DNA of 64,000 nucleotides from Eledone cirrhosa (Eukaryota), in NCBI GenBank assembly GCA_964016885.1, contig OZ024747.1:57536001-57600000 (forward strand), given 5' to 3'. The position numbers were made by a program, and so were the translations under genes. Below are positions 1 through 13,129 of this stretch, piece by piece (position 1 is the first letter of the stretch; each line of letters starts with the position of its first letter). The notes beneath the pieces were generated by a model. It saw only the letters and a list, made by a program, of their open reading frames with translations, had not been told where the DNA came from and did not search any database.

Positions 1-2289
1 AAAGAACATTGGACCTCAACAGAATTATGCGAAATTTTGTCAAAGTTTTTACTTATACAACTTTGCTACTGTGCAGTAAATATTCAATGTTAATTACAGT
101 CATTTAATTGTTTGTAATAGTACAGGATTACCATAGCTCTCTGATATATTGTGTACCTGACATTAACAATGCAGAGTTATTATAGGTCTCTGACAGTCTT
201 GTCTTTATTATGACAATTTTATGCCACAATCAAATATTGCCTTCGTCCTACATGTTACAACATTTGTATAGAAATATATACTTGGAACTGATTTCGATTT
301 CTGTTTATATCACTAAATTCCTTCTTTTTTTGGTGAATAATCGGCAAGATATTTTGATCTGAAATTACGTATTGAAACTAATATCATTGTATACAGAATA
401 TAATGTTATATTCATACAATCCTATTTCCACTAACCTTCTCAATAAAAGTGAGCCTCATGGTTACCTATACAATCAACATTATAGAAGGGAACCACTACA
501 TAGTCACCTTTTCTGCTAGAAATAACAGAAATTATCATTAAAAAATAAAAAATAAAGGCGACACATACAACATTACGCTGGATTTCGTAGTATGACAGAA
601 ATATTGAGAGAAGGGTTTTAGTCGTAGATGGAATGATTTTGACCAAAGGTCTGTTCAATCAGGGGTAGCCTGTAGCTGAAAAGCAACAACAACAACGACG
701 AAAGCTACAGTAATAATATATATCTTTTAACATATGTACGTAACAGAAATATATTTAACATATTTTTACTAACTGATTGTGAAACATTTATGATCTAAGA
801 ACTACTCATTTGTCAGTAAAACATAGTATCAAGGGAAATATTGGGTTTAGCTTTAATGTTCTAAATGTTGCTAGAAATAGTATATTTGTATTTTTGCTTT
901 TACTGGTTTACTTAACGTATTACAGAAGGTACTTTCGTTGTTCATTTTTTTTATCATCGTCCCAACACGCCAGTAGCTCATACTATAAATATTCCTGTAT
1001 CTTTAATTGGTCTTACTTTTATGTAGTTCTGTTTATCTGGTGAAATATCGATGCTTCTTCTGCTTAAGGTCATCTGTGTATAGTTAACGGAAGATAAATT
1101 GTGAGATTGAGTCGTACCTAAGGAAATGAAGATAGCTGTCTCAATTCTGTTTTTCTTTGGAAACCATTTTTGCTCTATTTGTGTAAAGAGATCAAGTGTT
1201 AAGTTCAAGGAAGTTATAGTTATTAGGTATATTGGCACTACACTAAACAAAACAACACAAGCAAACTAACACTCTGTGAGTAAAAATACATACGTACAAT
1301 TTGTGTAGTTTTAACATTAAAAAAATAATACAAAGAGTGAAAAAAACTGGAAGATTCTGGGAAAGGTGAAACGAAAAATAATCAAACAAAATACAAAAAC
1401 TCTGCAAGAAAAAGGAAAAAATAGTTGAAACTTCTGACAAAAAATATAACAAATTAACAAATCAAAATAAAATAGATTAAACAACTACAAATGAAGACAT
1501 ATACTAAAAAAAGAAACTGGGGGAAAACAGAATAGACCAAGGAACAACACGAACAACAAATGACCAACAATTTGAAAGAAGAAAAAGGGGGAAAGAGTAC
1601 AAATATAAAAAAGAGTAAAGATCAAACATTAAGTTATTCAAAAGTACAACGGAAGAAAATAAAAGAACGGATAACAAAATTCGAAACATACACAACAGCT
1701 TCAAAGAAGGACAAATACTGAAGAGATTGGTAAAAATAATTGAAAATTTTGTAATTTAGAGAAGATGGGAAAAAATTGAGAAAAATTCTGAGGAAAAAAA
1801 TGTAAAAACTTTAAACAAGTGTACAATATGGATAAATCATGAGTATAGAAAATAAGCATTTAAAGAAATTGTTGTACAGAATTAAAAAAAAGATAGACAA
1901 TATTTCATGGAATTAAGAAACTAATATGTACAAAAATAAAGTCTAGAATTATTTGAAAGGATCGAAAATATGAAACCTGCAAAAACATAGTTTATATTGA
2001 AAAATATAAGTGAAAATGCTATTAAAGTTTCATAGAAGAATTCCTTCTTTACACTAGTCAGGGGAAATGATAACACGGTGGTGTGTGAGTGTGTATTTGT
2101 GTGTATTTGTGTGTATTTGTGTGTATTTGTGTGTGTATTTGTGTGTGTGTGTATGTGTGTGTGAGTATGTGTGTGTTTGTGTGTGGCTGTGTTTATGTAT
2201 GTGTGTGTACATATATATTAGAATGGTATTCCGAAGAGGAACGGAAGTGAGGGACCACAGTTAAATAAAGTACTCAATACAAATCAGCT

Positions 2290-4610
2290 GTCCTGGTCTC
2301 TCTCCACCTGAAGCAACCGGAAGCCCCAGTTGATACCAAGGACTCACAAATCCTCAACAGTGACATCCCCATAACCGCATCTAGTGAAGACGTGGTAGCT
2401 GCCCTGAAACCCTTCCCCGGAAGTAGCAGTGACGAAGTAAATGTCCTGCGACCTCACCACCAAAGAGATTTAATATCGCCACACACCGCTGAGCCGGGAG
2501 TCCGTCTCATTCGGTCGATTACTACTCTAAAGCACAGTTTTCTCTGAACCGACCTTCCCCGCCATCCCCACAATATTTTCTTCTCAGTCAATTTGACTGC
2601 GATGAAGAAGAATTACTGAGCCATCCGACCCATAGCTGTAGGTAGCGTCGTTAAGTGACATGCGAACAAGATAGCCAGCATGTCAGTCAAGGTAGACTTA
2701 AGCGAGGAGTTAAGACTTGTTCAGCTCTGAGTATGGTTTAGTGAACAAGATAGCCAGCATGTAAGTCAAGGTAGACCTAAGCGAGGAGGTAAGACTTGTT
2801 CAGCTCTGAGTATGGTTTAGCGAACAAGATAGCCAGCATGTCAGTCAAGGTAGACCTAAGCGAGGAGGTAAGACTTGTTCAGCTCTGAGTATGGTTTAGT
2901 GAACAAGATAGCCAGCATGTCAGTCAAGGTAGACCTAAGCGAGGAGTTAAGACTTGTTCAGCTCTGAGTATGGTTTAGTGAACAAGATAGCCAGCATGTC
3001 AGTCAAGGTAGACTTAAGCGAGGAGTTAAGACTTGTTCAGCGCTGAGTATGGTTTAGTGAACAAGATAGCCAGCATGTCAGTCAAGGTAGACCTAAGCGA
3101 GGAGGTAAGACTTGTTCAGCTCTGAGTATGGTTTAGCGAACAAGATAGCCAGCATGTCAGTCAAGGTAGACCTAAGCGAGAAGTTAAGACTTGTTCAGCT
3201 CTGAATATGGTTTAGTGAACAAGATAGCCAGCATGTCAGTCAAGGTAGACTTAAGCGAGGAGGTAAGACTTGTTCAGCTCTGAGTATGGTTTAGCGAACA
3301 AGATAGCCAGCATGTCAGTCAAGGTAGACCTAAGCGAGAAGTTAAGACTTGTTCAGCTCTGAATATGGTTTAGTGAACAAGATAGCCAGCATGTCAGTCA
3401 AGGTAGACCTAAGCGAGGAGGTAAGACTTGTTCAGCTCTGAGTATGGTTTAGTGAACAAGATAGCCAGCATGTCAGTCAAGGTAGACTTAAGCGAGGAGT
3501 TAAGACTTGTTCAGCGCTGAGTATGGTTTAGTGAACAAGATAGCCAGCATGTCAGTCAAGGTAGACCTAAGCGAGGAGGTAAGATTTGTTCAGCTCTGAG
3601 TATGGTTTAGTGAACAAGATAGCCAACATGTCAGTCAAGGTAGACTTAAGCGAGGAGTTAAGACTTGTTCAGCGCTGAGTATGGTTTAGTGAACAAGATA
3701 GCCAGCATGTCAGTCAAGGTAGACCTAAGCGAGGAGTTAAGACTTGTTCAGCTCTGAGTATCGTTGAAGTGCGGATGCGTGGTGGCTGCTCATGCGCCCA
3801 GACTCGTCATTGAATACACACCCTCTTCGTCATCTTGCCTCATGGAGGAGCTGGACATGCGAAACGCTTTGAACAGTGTTAGGTGAGATTATATTTTAGA
3901 AACGTGTCTAAGATGGCTTTCTTCTATCCTTCATCTTGTACATCTCTCTTATGGGATTCATAGCACACTACTGTTATTGGCATAAAGGCCACTCGGTGAC
4001 AGGTGTCTAGCAAGATGATCCACTCGGCCCTCTTCCCTTTGCGTTGGCTGTCGACAACATTGCTCACTCATTCCGCTCATCTTTTAATGACTGGTACATG
4101 GAGGATGCGACTTAGGGTAGCTCAGCTGAGTTAGTCGTTTACGGCCTTCGGCGGGTCACCCCCAGCTCTATCGTTCATTTGATTTGAGATCAACCCTTCA
4201 AAGTCCGAGGTGATAAATGTGAGCTACTGTGAAACTGAATTTCAAGACGCCGTACTCAGCAACCAGCCTGTCCTAACCGAAGCACGGCTAACACCGAAAG
4301 ACGACATCAATATTCCCGGACCTCCAATCATGTCGAAAGACGTAGGGGAGTGTCTGCAGACCAAGCCCACTGGACTGACGGCGGTGGCGGAGAGATTACA
4401 CTTCATTGTCGCACACGTGGTGCTCTTCCTTCTGTGGAAATGTTTCGTCCTCTCCAAACCCCTCATCATGCCCCACAGTCCACCTTGTCACCTGCACACA
4501 GGTCGTCTCATCGAACTGGACACCACCATCCAATGCTATTCTGAACTCATCTGCAATGTTAGTTTCGACAGTACCGGCTGGTAACATGCGTGACTTCGCG
4601 GGAAATTGTG
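2290..4610 (+). mobile_element. Decayed CRE-clade non-LTR retrotransposon, reverse transcriptase region (stops and frameshifts), interrupted by a 79-bp minisatellite
   Basis: Manual translation gives CRE-type RT motifs in order: EDVVAALKPFPGSSS..LRPHHQRDL, FFSVNLTAMKK..IRPIAVG, VQL*V..GCVVAAHA, LDMRNALNSVR, GV*QDDPLGPLPFALA, WYMEDAT (degenerate YLDD), FEINPSKSE, then ORF 4210-4584 (PGPPI..AERL..AHVVLFLLWKC). Confidence 0.85.
2662..3761 (+). repeat. 79-bp minisatellite, 14 copies (last one partial)
   Basis: Unit GYGAACAAGATAGCCAGCATGTCAGTCAAGGTAGACYTAAGCGAGGAGKTAAGACTTGTTCAGCTCTGAGTATGGTTTA starts at 2662, 2741, 2820 ... 3689; no unique spacers. Confidence 0.97.
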
Positions 4611-4822
4611 TCTCTTAGTAACCAGTCGCCTTTTTTTAGACGTAAAACTCAAATAATTATTAAAGAAACATGTATACATAATTGCAAACACACATTGATA
4701 AAAATACTTGCAGAGCTGCATACAAATTTATCTGTTAGATGCGGTTTATGCGCGCGCACATGCACATAAATATATAATATGGCGTTATAATGTGTGTATA
4801 CACATATGCATGCAAACAACCA

Positions 4823-4824
<2 letters not shown>

Positions 4825-4880
<56 letters not shown>

Positions 4881-4992
4881 TCTTGGATATATGGCTTTTT
4901 CTCTCTCTTTCTCTCTCTCTCTCTATATATATATATACATACATCTTTTACTTTTGAATTGTATATATATGCATGAGTGAGGGAGAGAGAAA

Positions 4993-5070
<78 letters not shown>
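4825..5070. repeat. (AT)n and (GA)n microsatellites
   Basis: Direct inspection. Confidence 0.95.
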
Positions 5071-5075
<5 letters not shown>

Positions 5076-6235
5076 TGAAATGGAAAAAGGGAAAGAGACT
5101 GTGAAAACTTGCGAGAAAGGAGACATAGAGAAATATAGCAATCGTGTGTGAGGGAGCAAGAGGCTGGAAAATATTGTGAACAACATATTAGACACAAGCA
5201 AAAAGATCTAAAAGAAAAGCGCAGAATATTCTTCAAGAAGCCAAGTTTATAGAATCTAAGAAAACAAAATCTCAACAGATATAATAATAAAATATAACGT
5301 TAAAAATAAAATCCAAACAGCAAGGATGTATTAATAATAAAATATAAGAGATGGCGACAAATATTTTATCAGAAGAATAGAAAGACTTGATAAAGTGGCA
5401 AGATGGCGGAGATAGGACGCTAAATTAACAATGGTTAGAATCACTTAATAAGCAGTCGGTTGTGTCAGGAAAACTCTCCATTTTACATCGGATCTTATTT
5501 CTTAGAATTTCTCTTTGGATTTTACTTCAGAAAGCAGACGACAATCTGCTAGCTTTTAAACCTTTTCAATGCTAGTGTGTGAATGTGTTTGTTTGTACGT
5601 GTACGCGTGGGATATGGGTGTGCATGTGTGTATATGTTTGTTTATACGTGTATATTTGTGTGATATGTGAATGTGTATGCCTGTGCGATATGTGAATGTG
5701 TATGTACATATGTGTTTGTATGTATTTGTGTACGCCTGGGATTTTAGTATGCATGTGTGTATATGTTTATTTATGCATGTATGTTTGTGTGATTTGTGAA
5801 TGTGTACGTTCGTATATGATTGTACGCTGCATGTCTGTGTACGTGTGTGTTTGTACATGAATAACTGAATATACAAATGTATAAATACATGTGCATGTAC
5901 ATGTCTGTGTATGTGTGTTTATGAATATGCGTATGAATATGGGCATGTCTGTGACTGTGCATATCTATATGTATATGTGTGTATATATATATACTCGTCT
6001 GTCTATATGTATCTGTATTTGAATATATATATCTTTTTACAAAACGGTTTTTTTTTTCATTTCAGGTAGACGCCTGCCATCATCCACTTTTCTAAAAAAC
6101 AAATCATACACAAAACACCAGCATCAACTGTTTTGCAAGAAATGTCAACATGAATGGACCTGTTATTTTAATCTAAAGACATTTTTTCCAATTCCATCCC
6201 GCCCGTCCCCTCAATCTATTTTATTTCTCATTCTT

Positions 6236-6271
6236 TGTTCTGATGAAGGACTAGCGTCCGAAACGTTTTTA
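6236..6271 (+). ncRNA. Minimal type I hammerhead ribozyme motif, family A (stem I damaged)
   Basis: CTGATGA-A-GGAC tagc GTCC-GAAAC-GTT; lies in a repeat (about 6140-6289) also found at 36680-36835. Confidence 0.65.
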
Positions 6272-6290
6272 CCCTCTTCTTGCTATATCG

Positions 6291-6490
6291 TGGAGGCACG
6301 TAGCCTAGTGGTAAGGGTGTTGGACTTACGATCATAATGTCGTGGGTTCGATTCCTGGGTTGCGTGTTGTGTTCTTGAGCAAAACACTTCATTTCACGTT
6401 GCTCCAGTATACTCAGTTGAAAATGAGTACCAGCAATAGCTGGAGGTTTAACTCTGCGATGGACTGGCGTCCTGTCCAGGGGGAAGTCAT
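6291..6490 (+). mobile_element. tRNA-derived SINE (family with GTGTYCTTGAGCAARACAC body)
   Basis: A-box-like TAGCCTAGTGG and B-box GGTTCGATTCC; related copies near 13560-13770(-), 21680, 22690, 43430, 44320(-), 62130(-) and 62448. Confidence 0.8.
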
Positions 6491-6859
6491 GTTTAATACT
6501 CTGACATATTTTAATACTCTGCCATATTTTAATTTAGTCTACAGAACTCCACCCAGGGATATTTTCTCGAATTCATATTGTCGATATTAATACTCATTCT
6601 CCCTATATCGATCTCTTTCGGTGTGTGCTGATCACATTTAAATCTTGCCAATATACTTCACTGAAGAGATCTAACAAGATCCAATCATGGCATTTGTTTT
6701 CACCAGTTCACTTTAATCACAAGATCAACTTCAATTTGTCTTCATCCATTAAATACGACACCTATTGGAGCAAAATCCCATGTTTATTGTTTTTAGATTT
6801 TAAACACATTAGAAGTACTTGTCAAATAATTGCATAAATAAACATTGCTTCTTCACCCA

Positions 6860-7120
6860 CTTATTCATGAGAGGGTTGTCGAGGCAGAGTCCTCAAACAC
6901 TCCTTCCAGGCGGTCCTGTTAGAAGTAACCTTCTCCAAATGATCCGGCTGGATCCCCAAGCGAGACCAACCAAGCTCACGGATGTTATCCAACCATCTTG
7001 TTCGGGGTTTAACCCATGTTCTCGTGTCGGTTGGTTTTGCCCTTAACATCTGTCCAGTGATTCTTTCCTGAGACATTCGAACCACATGTCCATAGTATCT
7101 GAACTGTGATCTGCCAATTC
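6860..7120 (-). mobile_element. RTE-like LINE 3' end fragment
   Basis: ORF 6861-7085 VRMSQERIT..KPRTRWLDNI..LEKVTSNRTAWK resembles the RTE ORF C-terminus; related fragment at 52250-52425(+). Confidence 0.75.
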
Positions 7121-7739
7121 GGAGAAGTTAACCCTTAATGTCGAGAACGAACGAGGTCCAGTCAGATACGTATGGCTTATACGTTGTAGAATGTGACAGA
7201 CACTGAACTTAATGCTCTGCAGTACAGTATTTAGTAACGTCCCTTTAACATATGAATTAAAATATCAACGTTATCAAATTTCCCTTTCATCTTTCGAAAA
7301 TCGAGACAGGTTTTCCACTAATAGAATCGCTTCAATCGATTATACTTCCCCTTCTTTCTCTAAATATATCAGACCCCTGTACCAATAATGTAATAAATCA
7401 ATAATTAATAGAAACCATAGTTGTTTGGACATTATTGCTGCTGAATATATTATATATATGTTTTTTCATTTTAATATATCGGTATTTCTACTTTGATCAT
7501 TCTTTTGTGTCTTTTATAGATATATTCTTGTCAGCTAGCCATGATATATCGACCACAAACGCCACCATTGACTTTTATTGATGATATATCAACGATCGGT
7601 TCTGATTTACTCTGTACATTTGCTCGGCAAATTTCCACGGGAATTTAAATACCCTCGCCGTACAATATTACACACAAACACCTTATTTTGTAAGCCTATC
7701 ACTGTCATCCTAATTGGTACGATTGTTACTAATACTATA

Positions 7740-8220
7740 TGGCATTATATAGAGGATTAGTGACAGGTAAAAGTGACGACGTTCTTCAGGAGACAGTTGG
7801 TGTCGAAGACGCTCAACTAACCGTTCTCTTCCGAAGAAAGTGCGGTCCAGGGCTGATGGATAAATTCCTTAGCTAGCAGTACTACAGGGTAGTTTTGGTG
7901 AGTCGAGATAAACTCTACTGGCATGGATGTGCCGTTAGCCGATCATGTCCTAAATGTGCACAGAGCGACGAAACAGCCCTGCTCGAACACATTTAGTGTT
8001 TGAGCATAGTTAGCCTGTGGGGTTATGTCGAACAACTGCTGTCACCTGTAGGATGGATCTGACTATCAACTGAATCCAAATAGAAAAACACCATCGACCA
8101 TCTTTTAACCAGGAAGGACAGACAGGTTTTATATGAATGGCGGGTCATGGTGAAGGAGGTTGTATGGTGGACGCGATAGAAGGTGCTGAATTCAAACACT
8201 TTCCTGTTGTGTCAATGTAA
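7740..8220 (+). mobile_element. L1/Tx1-type LINE ORF2 C-terminal fragment (zf-RVT-like)
   Basis: RDKLYWHGCAVSRSCPKCAQSDETALLEHI*CLSIVSLWGYVEQLL matches the CxxC..ET..H...C....W pattern. Confidence 0.7.
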
Positions 8221-8334
8221 TCGATGTTGCCCTCCCAACAAATTGTTAGATTTAGAAATCCCTGTTACTTTTAAAAACAAATTGCTGGTCATGTGACAAT
8301 GTTAGAAATAATGACTACTGTTATTACTGTTAGT

Positions 8335-8770
8335 GCAGTGAATTGGCAGAATCGGTATAGCATCGGACACCATGCTTCGCGGCATAGAATTACGGCCCTT
8401 TACGTTCTGATTTCAAATCCCGCCTATCATCCTTACGAGCTATAAAATAAAGTACCAGTCACGCACTCTTGTTGATTTAATCGACTTTCCCCTCCCCCCA
8501 AATTCTTAGCCTTGTGCCTGAACCATTATTACCGTCATTAATACGGTAGATTTGCAGAATCGGTAGAGTTTCAGACAGCATACTTTTCGGCATATGGTTA
8601 CGGTTCTTTAAGTTCTGAGTTAAAATCTCGCCGAGGTTAACTTTGCCTCTCATCCTTACGGGGTCGATAAAATAAAGTACCAGTAATACACTGGTTCGAT
8701 TTAATCGACCTCTCCCCCTTAAAAAAAAAAAAATTACTGGCCTTGTGGTTCAGGTAGAAATTATTACTAT
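8335..8770 (+). mobile_element. Two tandem copies of a Nin/Deu-domain-like SINE
   Basis: TTGGCAGAATCGG A-box, GAGTTCAAATCC B-box and core GCCGAGGTTAACTTTGCCTTTCATCCTTACGGGGTCGATAAAATAAAGTACCAG. Confidence 0.8.
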
Positions 8771-8974
8771 TATAATTATCAATATAATAATATTTTTTTT
8801 CGTGATTTGAGAATAACATCGAGATTCGTTTCATATAGCACGAACAAGGTATGTCTGTTTTGGTGGAATTATTCTCAGATACTTTATCATTTGAGATGGG
8901 CCACACCAATCACAGGCAACAATGCATGTATATTGAAAGTACTACGACATACATACATACATACATACATACAT

Positions 8975-9916
8975 ACATGGTGGCTGCCAACTCGTTTTCG
9001 AGTACGGCCACTATTTTATATCCATGTGGAGAACTCCTACCGATGCGCTGAACGAGTGTGACTTTTTAGTCTAGCAGGCGACTTGAAAACTCTGGTACAA
9101 ACACTACACTTGTGACAATTATTGACACATAGTGCAGGGCCCATGGTACCATGTGATGACAAGTGCAGAGAGATCTCCAGAAATAAAGCAATGCCTGTGC
9201 CGTGAAGCTTTTCTAGTGAGCAAAGGCACTGCACAAAGCCAGTCCCACTCTCTTAACCAAGATGATATTTACCAAAAAGAAGAACAAGTCAACATCATTG
9301 GATACCATCAGGGTTGCAGGTGTTATATCAGAGTTTTCTTTCTCCTAGAATTCTGCCTTGACAAAGGCTAAGGGGTCATCTCTCATACATACATACATAC
9401 ATACATACATACATACATACATACATACATACATACATACATACACAAATACGTATATACATACATACATACATACATACATACATACATACATACATAC
9501 ATACATACATACATACATACATACATACGTATATACATACACAAATACGTATATACATACATACGTATATACATACACAAATACGTATATACATACATAC
9601 TTACATACATATATGGTGGCTGCCAACTCGTTTTCGAGTACGGCCAATACTTTATATCCATGTAGGAGAACCCCTACCGAATTCTGCCTTGACAAAGGCT
9701 AAGGGGTCATCTCTCCTTGTGATTTTGGATGCCTATTGACTCTTAAGAGCTCCTTTGCCCTTTGACAGGTTTTGTTTTTAGTCCTGCAGGATGTCCAAAG
9801 TCACCCTCCTCACCAAGAAATCTTGGTGGCGTTGCCAGTTTAGTCGCCAGCGACCCGACCATGAGACAGGTTGTACTGGGATACATGTTACCAGTAGCAC
9901 CAACTGGTGACCTGAC
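8975..9916 (-). mobile_element. RTE-related rearranged fragments with C-terminal C2H2 finger, split by (TACA)n tracts
   Basis: ORF 9037-9234 ends CSVCTRVFKSPARLKSHTRSAH; segments 8977-9040/9613-9678 and 9347-9384/9679-9715 are duplicated. Confidence 0.55.
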
Positions 9917-10037
9917 ATACATATATACATCCATACATATATACATCCATACATATATACGTACATACATACGTACATACGTATATATATATATCAAAAT
10001 GAAAATCCGAAGGCAATGTAAAATTCCAATCATTTAA

Positions 10038-10111
10038 TCACAACACATGTTTCAATAAGGGATAGATCGATTGTGAAGCCACGATCAATTATCACTGATC
10101 TCATCAGGTGA
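10038..10111 (-). ncRNA. Type I hammerhead motif, family B, with long (~21 bp imperfect) stem II
   Basis: Minus strand: TCAC-CTGATGA-[gatcagtgataattgatcgtg gctt cacaatcgatctatcccttatt]-GAAAC-atgt-GTT-GTGA, followed by ATTAAA and an (AT)n tract. Confidence 0.6.
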
Positions 10112-10377
10112 AAATGAATTGTCTTCAAATTTCTTGATATGAGGGAGAAAAAACGATGTTACCTCACACAATTCATTCCCTCCTCTGGAGACACACCAGT
10201 CAGTCAGAGACGAGGCGACTGCTATTGGCTTAAAATTGAGGTCACAAAAGTTTTCAGACTTCTATCGCTGCAAAAGACGCTGGAAATCGAAACAAATCCG
10301 TAGGGATGCAATCAGTCACAGTTAGAAGTAAGTGGATACACACACACTTCACACCCGCATACATCGGCTCGAGGTCA

Positions 10378-10648
10378 AATAAAAATAAAAATAAAAATAA
10401 AAATAAAAATAAAAATAAAAATAAAAATAAAAATAAAAATAAAAATAAAAATAAAAATAAAAATAAAAATAAAAATAAAAATAAAAATAAAAATAAAAAT
10501 AAAAATAAAAATAAAAATAAAAATAAAAATAAAAATAAAAATAAAAATAAAAATAAAAATAAAAATAAAAATAAAAATAAAAATAAAGATAAAAATAAAA
10601 ATAAAAATAAAAATAAAAATAAAAATAAAAATAAAAATAAAAATAAAT
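10378..10648. repeat. (AAAAAT)n hexanucleotide microsatellite
   Basis: Direct inspection. Confidence 0.97.
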
Positions 10649-11607
10649 ACATAAACACACAACAACACAGTATTAAACCCGCAGAATTAGCGTGGGTGGG
10701 CACACATACACCCCAACACACACCGAAGCGACATTCGAGAAAAAGCATATATAAGAATGTACCAACACAGCAATCACCGAAAAGTTAGTTCGTAAAGCAA
10801 CAGTAATTATGTCGGTCAAATCTCAATTTGACGATGTAAATCGGAAATGTTAAGTTAACCAACGCTACACACACATACACACAGACACAAGCGCGTGCGC
10901 GCAAGTAAGTTCAGTTCAGTGTTCTGCTGTACGTGTAAAGATCCAATTGTAACATCAATATCTTCAAGTGTGTGTTATGGCAAAAGATATACACACATCC
11001 GAATCAGCCAAAAAATGGAAGTCTGGGTATATACAATATCCACGTGAAGAGCTCAATTTGACGAGGTAGATTGGAAATATATTTCCAATCTATATGTATG
11101 TATATATGTATGTACATATATATTCATACATACATACATGTATGCATACATATATACATATATGCATTTATACATACATACATACATATATATTTACATA
11201 CCTATCTACTTATATACATACATATATACATATATGCATTTATACATACATACATATATATTTACATACATATCTACTTATATACATACATATATACATA
11301 CATACCTCTGTATATACATACAGCCATACATAATATAGAGGTCTCAATACAATAACACTAAAACATAGCATTGTCGCTTGGTTTAATAATTGTAATGTTT
11401 ATTTTTTTAGTGTTTACTTGGTGACAAGACAAAAGATTTTTCGCTCCATTACTGACATTAAAGAATCCGTTATACAAAGAACAAGTAATAAAACTATCAA
11501 TAACTACCAGTGACAATTATAGAGGTAAATAGCAATAAGAATATATGAATATATATATATATATATATTCATATATATATATATATATTCATATATATAT
11601 ATATATA

Positions 11608-11769
<162 letters not shown>

Positions 11770-11785
11770 TATATATATATATATA

Positions 11786-11862
<77 letters not shown>

Positions 11863-11874
11863 TTATATATATAT

Positions 11875-12900
11875 TGTTATACTTGGGGAGGGTCATATTG
11901 TTGTAATAATATTGCCAGAATTAATAACAGAACACACTCACTGTTTGGATGGTTTTCGCTTCTGTATCTTTTATATCAGTTAATTTATTCTGTCCTGAAT
12001 GTTTACCATTGACTGACCAACGGTCAAAAATACAGATATAATATAAACACAAACACATATATATAGTCTAACAAAGGTATTTTGTTGCACAAGTGCAACA
12101 TCGTCAGTGGTGCTATGATGTTTCCTCCTGTTGTATTGTACGTCTACGCCATCTTTATTTAATCTGTTTATATATTGTCAAAGTTCTTTTGTCACACATT
12201 ATTCGACCTCTTCAGTGACTGGGGATTCTTTTTTTCTTTGTTTTGGCCTCTCTTTTGTTCTGTCCTACGCCATCTTGTTTTTGTGTGTGTTGTGTACTTA
12301 GTTTGCGCATGTGTTACATCCGGGTGTCTGTGTGTGTTTTTATTTGTTTATTTGTTTATTTACATGTTACTAGTTGGTTGTTTGGTCTATGTGTTAGTGT
12401 TTTCATTTTGTCCTTAATTGTAAGTTGTGATGTTGCTATTCCATTCATGTTTTCTATTTAATTTTGGTTGGAGTTCATTTGTGTTTATTGTCTCTGTGGA
12501 ATGTCTAAACATTGCGTCTTTTCTGTGTGCAGATTTTATTTTTATTTCTTTGTTCTCTAATTTGCCCTTATGTTCTATTTTAGCATGTTGGTGGAGTACT
12601 GATGATTCTTTTCTATCTCGAAGCTCTCACCAGTGTTCATTTAATCGTTCTCCTATACTACGAGCTGTCTCACCTATGAACACTATATTCTTATCTTTAC
12701 ATTGTCCCTCAGTACATCTTATGCTATATACTATGTTTCTAGTTTTGCAGTTAATATGGGGGTTTAGTTTACAGATTATGCATTTCTTATCTATACAGGG
12801 AGGTCTTTCTTATTGGCAACATGACCTTCCCAAAGTATAACAATATCGGTTTCAACACACGTTTTCAGATAAAGAATCTTGCTAAACAAATTCAGAAACG
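11875..12900 (-). mobile_element. Older 5'-truncated Penelope-like element (GIY-YIG 3' end and pLTR) with short inverted 3'-end copy at about 12808-12900; inserted in (AT)n
   Basis: Similar throughout to 48353-50375; degenerate HHR at 12177-12220 (CTGAAGA intact, GAAA changed to AAAA). Confidence 0.85.
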
Positions 12901-13022
12901 ATATATATATATATATATATATTTATATATCCCCCCCCCCCACTCTCAAGCGTGAAACTAATACTAATATCATTTGTACTGCCTCTTCGTTTTTCTGTTT
13001 TTTGTTCTCTGTTTATTTATTA

Positions 13023-13062
<40 letters not shown>

Positions 13063-13092
13063 TCCACCTGGTTCCTTACCACATTTCCTTCG

Positions 13093-13129
<37 letters not shown>

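Noticed and set aside
1250-2040. A-rich stretch as decayed retroelement ORF
   Set aside because: Purine skew is suggestive, but no recognisable motif could be read.
2662-3761. CRISPR-like array
   Set aside because: Head-to-tail identical units with no unique spacers, no cas genes, eukaryotic context; the unit is derived from RT coding sequence.
6291-6365. tRNA gene
   Set aside because: A/B boxes run into a SINE body; degenerate cloverleaf; many diverged copies.
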